24,956 nucleotides of DNA from Candidatus Thorarchaeota archaeon SMTZ1-45 (lineage in GTDB: Archaea; Asgardarchaeota; Thorarchaeia; Thorarchaeales; Thorarchaeaceae). The notes beneath the pieces are model-generated. The model was not told the origin of the DNA. It did no database searches and saw only the letters and a program-made list of their open reading frames with translations. Both the position numbers and the translations under genes were made by a program. Positions 18,631-24,956 of the stretch are shown here, piece by piece (position 1 is the stretch's first letter; each line of letters begins with the position of its first letter). The DNA lies in NCBI GenBank assembly GCA_001563335.1, contig LRSL01000014.1:1-24956 (forward strand), in the 5' to 3' direction.

Positions 18631-19772
18631 TACTTTCTACGAGCTAGTTCGCGTCTTAAACCAATAGCAGCATCATAGATAATTTCAGGTGGTGCAAGCA
18701 CATAGAGAAGATTTCTGGAATATCCTGACTCGAAGACAATGCTTTGGAAGATGAGCGTCTGAAGACTCTTCTCAATGTCATTTTGAGCATAACGAACACC
18801 AAGCTCTTCACATTTCACTTCTACAAGCTCATTCAATGTCTGACGATCTATGTAGGTTTCTGTCTTGTATCGCATCAGGTGTTCACACATAGCCTCCAGA
18901 ACCAAGAGTGTCATGTAATCATTCATGCTAATGGTTTCGATAAGGTCCATGTAGTCATTATCGTGAGCAAAGGATGTTATGGACATTGTTGCACTTCTCA
19001 CTGCATCTGAGTCAATCTCTTGACCTCTTGAAGCCAGTGGCCATAACGCCTTCAGAGCTTCAATTGTTGTCTTTGGTTTTGAAGCATCAAACTCCACAAC
19101 TAGATCTGTTATGTAGCGGACAACTTCCTCGGTGAGTTGATGAGGGAAAGTGTCCTCAACTCGCATCCTAACAATATCATATAACTGGGACTGTGTGTAT
19201 ATGTCAAGAGGAACCTCGAAGTCATAGGACATGTGAGTGGCTGGTAGCTTTGTAAGCAACCTATAGTCGTGACTATTGAGTACACCAATCGTGCTAGCTT
19301 GAATCTCCTTAGAGAGTCTTGCTAGCTTCGTATAGACCTCCTCATTGGTTTCATCTATATTATCAATAACAAACACTGTTCTTTTGTCAGTTGCTGAAGC
19401 TGTTCTCTTGAACTGCATCCAGAGAATGTCAAGATCAAAAGCAACAGTGATTGGTCTGTTTGTTTCTCTGTGAATCTTGTCATTTAGTTCTGAAACAATC
19501 TCGAGGGTATCCTTATGCTTTGCATCAACATATACTGTATGCGAATTGAACTGCTCGGGCACAAGCTTCGTGAGAAAATAACGTGAGAAGACGGTCATTC
19601 CAACTCCTGAAATTCCATGCACGAGCGTGTTGATACCATACTCCCCCTCAAAGGAGTCTCTATACACCCCATTGATATTGCCAAGTTCACGGTCTCTATG
19701 CAATAGCTTTTCAGGCACATAATATGGATCGAATAGGCCCTTTGGGCTGCGATGTGGTCGGACCATACTCAT
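18630..19772 (-). CDS. cdc6: Orc1/Cdc6-family AAA+ / winged-helix protein with degenerate catalytic motifs
   Basis: LFDPYYVPEKLLHRDREL, N.LVHG..G.G.T, VYVDA, VFVIDNID, IGVLN, YTQSQLYDIVRMR and a C-terminal wHTH-sized region. Start moved from GTG 19805 to ATG 19772 because a TATA box lies inside the longer ORF. Confidence 0.87.
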   Translation of the reverse strand: MSMVRPHRSPKGLFDPYYVPEKLLHRDRELGNINGVYRDSFEGEYGINTLVHGISGVGMTVFSRYFLTKLVPEQFNSHTVYVDAKHKDTLEIVSELNDKIHRETNRPITVAFDLDILWMQFKRTASATDKRTVFVIDNIDETNEEVYTKLARLSKEIQASTIGVLNSHDYRLLTKLPATHMSYDFEVPLDIYTQSQLYDIVRMRVEDTFPHQLTEEVVRYITDLVVEFDASKPKTTIEALKALWPLASRGQEIDSDAVRSATMSITSFAHDNDYMDLIETISMNDYMTLLVLEAMCEHLMRYKTETYIDRQTLNELVEVKCEELGVRYAQNDIEKSLQTLIFQSIVFESGYSRNLLYVLAPPEIIYDAAIGLRRELARRK

Positions 19773-19794
19773 CAGAACTTCGTCTATTAGAGAG

Positions 19795-19802
19795 TATATA
19801 AA
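19795..19802 (-). promoter_or_regulatory. TATA box of the cdc6-like gene
   Basis: TTTATATA on the minus strand ending 23 nt upstream of ATG 19772; matches the archaeal TTTAWATA consensus. Confidence 0.7.
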
Positions 19803-20057
19803 CACCTGTCTGAGATGTCCGAAAGTATTCTTCTATGGATTTACACAACTCAACTGATGTGCAACATAATAATCACTCATTAGGGGTGTTCATGGATGAC
19901 AACAGTTTTACTTACAATGCGAGGTATTCTGCCAAATGACTTCCATCGTTCTCTTTTCCCAGGTTTATGCTAAAAGCTACGTCAAAGACAAGACATATAC
20001 TTGTCTGACTTGCAGGAAATCACTGTGAATTAATTGTCATTTTCACTTGATAACCAG

Positions 20058-20282
20058 ATGGAACCTTTGAATACACAGTTCGAGTTTCAATCAAGGAATG
20101 AATGTAGAAACACTACGATTTATTGTGTCCTGTCTATATTGTTCTTCATTGTCGTTGGTATGCTCAATAGTCCGGGGTTTTCAGAGGCTTTACCAGGAGG
20201 GCAACTTACAGCTTCATTACTTTCAATAGTGATCTTCATAGCTGTACTATTCCTGTGTATAAAGCAGGCACCAAGACTTTGA
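20058..20282 (+). CDS. Small hypothetical membrane protein (2 TM helices)
   Basis: Hydrophobic segments IYCVLSILFFIVVGML and LTASLLSIVIFIAVLFLCI, then a basic end. ATG 20058 is preferred over TTG 20034. Confidence 0.6.
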   Translation: MEPLNTQFEFQSRNECRNTTIYCVLSILFFIVVGMLNSPGFSEALPGGQLTASLLSIVIFIAVLFLCIKQAPRL

Positions 20283-20316
20283 TAGATTATTCACCAATAT
20301 CCTGGTAAAGTTGGTC

Positions 20317-21654
20317 TTAAACCATTGAACCAAGAACCTCGTTGCACTCTGGAGAGAGCAAGAAGGGATTGAAACCTTGACCGATTATTGCTCTGATTTC
20401 TGCAAGTCTCTTTTTCTTGAGTTCATCCGAATAAAGCCACTTGTGTTCAGGTTTCGGTGTGATTCCAGTAGCCTCGCATAAGTCAACTATGGCAAGAACC
20501 GTATCGAGCATCTCTGGTCCGGTCTTATCTTCTGGTTTGATTTCTCTAGAGTGAAGTATCAGTCCATATGTTGGTGTGTTGTCGCCTAAATACCATTTAC
20601 TTGGACCGTGTCCATACTTTGCAAATGGAGTTAGGCCATGGTCGATTAGAAGAGCGTTTATCATGTCAAGACGATCTTGAAGATGAACCAAGCTGTCACC
20701 ATAGAACCCATAGCCTTCAAAGAGCGCAACCTGAATCCCAACTTTCGGATTTCTCTTAGGCAATTTTAGTCTAATGTCTTTCATTCTTGCGAGGCCCTCT
20801 TTATCGAGAGGTTTGTAGTCCATGATATCTTTCATCTCTGATTCATAGTCAGTAGGAAAGTCAACAATAAGCAACGGGGGATTCAGATCCTCTCGAACAT
20901 CAACATGAGCTGATGTTATTGCTTCTCCATACCTAACTGGACTCTTCCTTTCAATCATCTCATTTAGAGCTCGACCAAGAGAGTTGCATTCCTCAAACTC
21001 AGCAAGTCCCCCAATCAAAGTTTCATTGATTACAGGACCAATTGACAAACGCAACTCAGTGATGAACCCAAGAGTTCCGTGAGAACTTGCAACATCGTGC
21101 ATCGACATACCAATCTTATTCAGCTGTGTTTCTAGCTCGGGATCGCTACTCTTGACACCATTCACATCGATAGTTAGAAGTCTACCATCATATAGAACCA
21201 TCTTAACACGACGTGTCTTATCTCGTATTGTACCGTGAACCCAAGTATCGTTTCCTCCACCATCTGTAGAAAGAATCCCTCCCACAGTTGCAATGTCACG
21301 GCTGCTTGGTGCAATATAGAATCGCATTCCCATTGGTGTTAAGAACTCGTTTATCTTGTCTGGTGTTATTCCTGGTTGCACATCAATATACCCTTGGTCC
21401 TTTGAAACTGTTAAGACCTCTTTCATCTGTAGACTGCTAATCATCAGACGTTCTTCATTACCCCCAGTGCACGCACCACTAAGACCTGATCCGCCACCCT
21501 TGGGTGTCACAGTGAGTCCATTGCTATGTGCGTGTTTTATCGCTGCTATCACTTCTTGTTCAGAACGAGGATAGTAGACTCCTTTGATTTTTCCGAAGTT
21601 TAGCTTATAGTACATGCTTGCATTTGCACCGATTACAACATCTCGAATTCTCAT
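20317..21654 (-). CDS. FAD-binding oxidoreductase (VAO/PCMH family, GlcD / D-lactate dehydrogenase-like)
   Basis: VYYPRSEQEV, PKGGGSGLSGAC, VQPGI, PSS..ATVGGILSTDGGG, SHGTLGFITELRL and a C-terminal EH motif (PEHK). Confidence 0.9.
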   Translation of the reverse strand: MRIRDVVIGANASMYYKLNFGKIKGVYYPRSEQEVIAAIKHAHSNGLTVTPKGGGSGLSGACTGGNEERLMISSLQMKEVLTVSKDQGYIDVQPGITPDKINEFLTPMGMRFYIAPSSRDIATVGGILSTDGGGNDTWVHGTIRDKTRRVKMVLYDGRLLTIDVNGVKSSDPELETQLNKIGMSMHDVASSHGTLGFITELRLSIGPVINETLIGGLAEFEECNSLGRALNEMIERKSPVRYGEAITSAHVDVREDLNPPLLIVDFPTDYESEMKDIMDYKPLDKEGLARMKDIRLKLPKRNPKVGIQVALFEGYGFYGDSLVHLQDRLDMINALLIDHGLTPFAKYGHGPSKWYLGDNTPTYGLILHSREIKPEDKTGPEMLDTVLAIVDLCEATGITPKPEHKWLYSDELKKKRLAEIRAIIGQGFNPFLLSPECNEVLGSMV

Positions 21655-22761
21655 CTACTCAACATCTCCTCCCAATGCAGTTGACACTAATTCAACGATG
21701 TCTTTGGTCTTAAGGTCCTGTCCAAGTAGCTGTTCCCTGCACGAAGGACAAGCTGTAATCACAATCGTATCTTTCACACCTTCTCTAGCCACTCGTAATT
21801 GTATGACCTTGTCACTGAGGTCCGGATCTGTCATTCTCAAGAGACCTCCACCTCCACAACAGGCTAGGTCCATCTCTCTAAACTTAATTCCCATTTTATT
21901 AATGACTGACCTGGGCTCTGTTTTTATCTCAAGAATCCTGTGCAGCTCACATGGATCATGATACGAAAACTCCTCAGTCTGTTTATACTGAGTTATCGTT
22001 TCCAGTTTTCTATCAAAGAATTGTGTGTGATGCAATGCTCCAATACTATCTAGATTGTGATGTTCTCGAAGTTGAATAAGACAACCAGGGCAACATGTTA
22101 TGACATTCTTTGATTCAGCATCTTCCATGACCTGCTTGTTATGGTTTCTCAGCTTCTGAGCCCCCTCATCATCTCCAATAAGATAGAGGGGGTGTCCACA
22201 ACAAAACTCTTCAGAGCCCATAACAAGATAGTCGACCTCAAGTTTCTCAAGAGTCTTGAAGAGTGATCGGAGTACATCAATCTGACTTCCCCTAAATGAC
22301 ATCAGACAGCCAAGAAATACCATGACTTCAGCTGTTTTCCCTTTCTCATAGACTCGATCTTCCAGACCTGGGATTTCGTCCTCGAGTTCATCGAGCCAGT
22401 AGATCGCTCTGTCCTCAGCTGCAAGTCCATAGATATTCTTTACATTAGCAAGAGCATCCTTAAGTGGGTCTAGATATGCAAACTCCTCTGGAGCGGTTTC
22501 AATGGCCTTTGCTCTTTGCTCATGCCAGATTTTTAGAAGGTCAACACCGGAAGAGCAGGTTTCCTCGCATCGACCACAAAGTGAACACTGGAACAAGAGA
22601 CGTCTAAACTCCTTCCCTAGTTCTTCATCATCCTCAATCTGGTCCATTACTTGCAAAAGATAGGTTTTCCCTCGGGGTGAGAACTGCTCCTCACCAGTTG
22701 CATCAAACATCGGACAAAACTGCAGACATGAGCCGCAGCGAACGCATTTGTCATAGGACAT
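21655..22761 (-). CDS. Fe-S oxidoreductase, GlcF/HdrD-like (2x[4Fe-4S] plus two CCG domains)
   Basis: CVRCGSCLQFCP, SPRGK, CSLCGRCEETC, FLGC, EFCCGHP, TCCPGC, YHDPCEL, CCGGGG, TACPSC. Confidence 0.92.
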   Translation of the reverse strand: MSYDKCVRCGSCLQFCPMFDATGEEQFSPRGKTYLLQVMDQIEDDEELGKEFRRLLFQCSLCGRCEETCSSGVDLLKIWHEQRAKAIETAPEEFAYLDPLKDALANVKNIYGLAAEDRAIYWLDELEDEIPGLEDRVYEKGKTAEVMVFLGCLMSFRGSQIDVLRSLFKTLEKLEVDYLVMGSEEFCCGHPLYLIGDDEGAQKLRNHNKQVMEDAESKNVITCCPGCLIQLREHHNLDSIGALHHTQFFDRKLETITQYKQTEEFSYHDPCELHRILEIKTEPRSVINKMGIKFREMDLACCGGGGLLRMTDPDLSDKVIQLRVAREGVKDTIVITACPSCREQLLGQDLKTKDIVELVSTALGGDVE

Positions 22762-22792
22762 TTCTGTTTCTCCAGGGATTTCAGCAAGTCGG

Positions 22793-22805
22793 TTACATTA
22801 TGTAA
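22793..22805. promoter_or_regulatory. Palindromic putative operator upstream of the Fe-S/FAD oxidoreductase pair
   Basis: Perfect TTACAT-T-ATGTAA, 32-44 nt upstream of ATG 22761. An extra half-site ATGTAA sits at 22860-22865. Confidence 0.45.
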
Positions 22806-22956
22806 GAAGGCTCACCAAGTTTCGTGGGTAGAATTTTCATTTCTTAATAATATAGCGCAATGTAATCTTAAAATTGAGATATAATACACCAAATGATTGC
22901 GGCAAAAGAGAGAGGGTGTCCTCCCAGCAAAGTTAGGTAGGATCCTGTTGAAATCG

Positions 22957-24315
22957 TTAAATAGGTGCCTTTGGAATGAAACCTTTCTCATAGAGAATCT
23001 CTGATGCGCCTCTAGCACGCTTTATGATTTCCTCCGCATGCCTATAGAGATTTTCTTCCTCCCAGTGTTTCTTGGCAATCCCTTGCTCTATAGCTTTCAT
23101 TCCTACAGCTGTAGCTTCAGCAGGATACAATTCCCACTGATCCATAGTTGGGATCACCTTACGCTCACTGGCTTCTTTTGCACCAAGGTCTGCCAATGCC
23201 TGAGCAGCGGCAATACACATCTCATCAGTGATGGTACTTGCCCTCACGTCGAGGGTTCCTCGGAAGATGCCTGGGAATCCAAGAGAATTGTTGATTTGGT
23301 TGTCAAAATCACTCCGTCCAGTTCCTACTATTCGAGCACCTGCTTCTTTGGCATCCCATGGCCAAATCTCGGGGAGAGGGTTGGCACATGCATAAACGAT
23401 TGAATCCGTAGCCATCTTTGAAATCCATTCCTTTTTCACAGTCCCTGGAACTGGTCGTGATGCTGTGATTAGTACGTCCATTCCATCTATGACCTCACCA
23501 AGATCTCCTGTCTTTCTATCAGGATTGGTTTTTTGGGCTAGGTCATACTTGAAGAAGTCATCATCCTTTTCCTTCACAATATCTTCACGGTCTGCATATA
23601 TTGCACCTTGGCTGTCTACCATTATGATGTTCTTTGGATCAACTCCAGCTGCAATCAATAAGTAGGCTGTACGCGTGTTTGCTGCTCCAACACCCAGGAA
23701 AGCTACAGTGATATTCTCGACGTCTTTCTTGACAACATTCAAACCACCAAGTACCCCTGCAAGCACTACAGTAGCCGTCCCCTGTGCATCATCATGCCAT
23801 ACTGGAATTTTGATATCAGGATCGTTCCTCAGTTCTTCGAGAACCTTATAGCACTTAGGTTTGGCAATGTCCTCAAGATTGATGCCACCAAAGGATGGCT
23901 GAAGGAGTTTGACGAATTCGATGATCTTGTCTGCATCCTTTGTATCAACACAGACAGGCCATGCATCCACTCCTCCAAGGTATTTGAATAGAATGGCTTT
24001 TCCTTCCATGACTGGACCTGCGGCAAGTGGACCAATATCACCTAGACCAAGCACTCGAGTACCATCGCTAACAACAGCCACCATGTTGCCTTTATTCAAA
24101 TGCTCATAGGCCATATTGGGATTTTCTTTGATATCCAAGCATGGTTTTGCCACACCAGGAGTATACCAGATTGCAAAGTCTGAGAAGTCTCGGACTGGAG
24201 CTTTACCAATGCTCATAATCTTACCTTGGTAAAATGGGTGCAGGACCAAAGCGTCCTTTCCAGGCTTTTCAGCTTTTTTCTTCAACTCTTCGACGGAGAG
24301 TTTTTCTTCAGACAT
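22957..24315 (-). CDS. mae: NAD(P)-dependent malic enzyme (short prokaryotic type, no PTA domain)
   Basis: [95 protein letters not shown] 24315 (MSEEK) is preferred over TTG 24363. Confidence 0.96.
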   Translation of the reverse strand: MSEEKLSVEELKKKAEKPGKDALVLHPFYQGKIMSIGKAPVRDFSDFAIWYTPGVAKPCLDIKENPNMAYEHLNKGNMVAVVSDGTRVLGLGDIGPLAAGPVMEGKAILFKYLGGVDAWPVCVDTKDADKIIEFVKLLQPSFGGINLEDIAKPKCYKVLEELRNDPDIKIPVWHDDAQGTATVVLAGVLGGLNVVKKDVENITVAFLGVGAANTRTAYLLIAAGVDPKNIIMVDSQGAIYADREDIVKEKDDDFFKYDLAQKTNPDRKTGDLGEVIDGMDVLITASRPVPGTVKKEWISKMATDSIVYACANPLPEIWPWDAKEAGARIVGTGRSDFDNQINNSLGFPGIFRGTLDVRASTITDEMCIAAAQALADLGAKEASERKVIPTMDQWELYPAEATAVGMKAIEQGIAKKHWEEENLYRHAEEIIKRARGASEILYEKGFIPKAPI

Positions 24316-24492
24316 TATTTGAGCCCCTTTGTCTCCTTCAGACGAGCTGTTATCACCCGTCAAGCGAGTTGGGGCTGTTCAAAGCCCCGATTAAAGTCTA
24401 TGCCTTCTGGTGAAATCTATAACGAACTAAATGAAATATTAGAACTAAAGACACATCATTGGATTCATAAAACAACTGACCAATAGTGGTTT

Positions 24493-24956
24493 ATGCCAGG
24501 AATCGGTGATGAATTTCATTCTGCTACTAAATATCAGCGAGGTAAATTGCCAGGTCACAGATTGGATTGGAGTACTAGACCAGCGGTCTACAAGAAGTAT
24601 CCTAAGGCCAAGAAGATTGATCTTCCTCCCCCTGTTATCAAAGGTGGTCCTGGTCTTTGGGAGGTGCTAAGAACTCGAAGAAGTGTGCGTGCCTACACTC
24701 GAGACCCTATTAAGCTGGAGGATCTCTCACAAATCCTTTGGGCGACTCAGGGACTCACTGCCTCCATTGGGGAATACAAACTCAGGACTGCTCCTTCTGC
24801 AGGAGCACTCTACCCAATAGAAACCTACCTTTTGATAAATCGAGTTGAAGATTTGGAACCCGGTCTATACCACTATGATGTTGAAACCCATCAACTTGAT
24901 GTTCTTAAGCTAGGTGATTATTCACAAGAAGTAAGAGCAGGTGCACTAGACCAACA
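24493..24956 (+). CDS. SagB/ThcOx-family FMN-dependent dehydrogenase / nitroreductase (3'-truncated; missing from the ORF track)
   Basis: Translated by hand: MPGIGDEFHSATKY...LWEVLRTRRSVRAY...LSQILWATQG...LRTAPSAGALYPIETY...GLYHYD. The frame is open to the window end, with TATA-like ttcataaa at 24464-24471. Confidence 0.92.
   Translation, partial: MPGIGDEFHSATKYQRGKLPGHRLDWSTRPAVYKKYPKAKKIDLPPPVIKGGPGLWEVLRTRRSVRAYTRDPIKLEDLSQILWATQGLTASIGEYKLRTAPSAGALYPIETYLLINRVEDLEPGLYHYDVETHQLDVLKLGDYSQEVRAGALDQ

Noticed and set aside
19806-20057. Replication origin (ORB repeats) beside the cdc6-like gene
   Set aside because: I found no repeated ORB/mini-ORB (TTCCAxTGGAAA plus G-string) and no clear AT-rich unwinding element.
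18199-24486. Short shadow ORFs over gcvH, cdc6-like, the oxidoreductases and mae (including 22812-23018 and 24226-24486)
   Set aside because: They overlap well-supported genes and lack recognisable protein features.
24493-24956. SagB/ThcOx gene as a sign of a RiPP (azole-peptide) cluster
   Set aside because: No YcaO or precursor peptide is visible, and stand-alone members are common in archaea. The downstream context is outside the window.
1-24956. CRISPR arrays, tRNA/rRNA genes, transposases, DGR-type repeats, inteins
   Set aside because: None was recognised. Intergenic gaps are short, and the giant genes' repeats are divergent at the DNA level.

Overview
Archaeal-looking window of about 40% GC by eye. 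The gene content and TATA-type, apparently leaderless promoters fit an Asgard archaeon, most plausibly Thorarchaeota; this is an inference with no marker gene to confirm it. The first 17 kb holds two tandem, paralogous giant type-I membrane proteins (>2430 aa, 5'-truncated, and 3162 aa). Each has a collinear stalk of about 20 Ig-like beta-repeats, one TM helix and a strongly conserved ~250 aa cytoplasmic tail. The complete copy also carries a signal peptide and a DUF2341 + LamG lectin-like head. Next come two apparent pseudo-ATPases: a RadA/Rad51 paralog with destroyed Walker motifs but an intact FxxA motif, and an Orc1/Cdc6 paralog with degenerate Walker A/B, Arg finger and sensor 2. A CPxCG zinc-ribbon gene and gcvH lie between them. 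The rest is a small membrane protein, a GlcD/GlcF-like FAD + Fe-S oxidoreductase pair, malic enzyme and a 3'-truncated SagB/ThcOx nitroreductase. No RNA genes, CRISPR arrays or mobile elements were seen.
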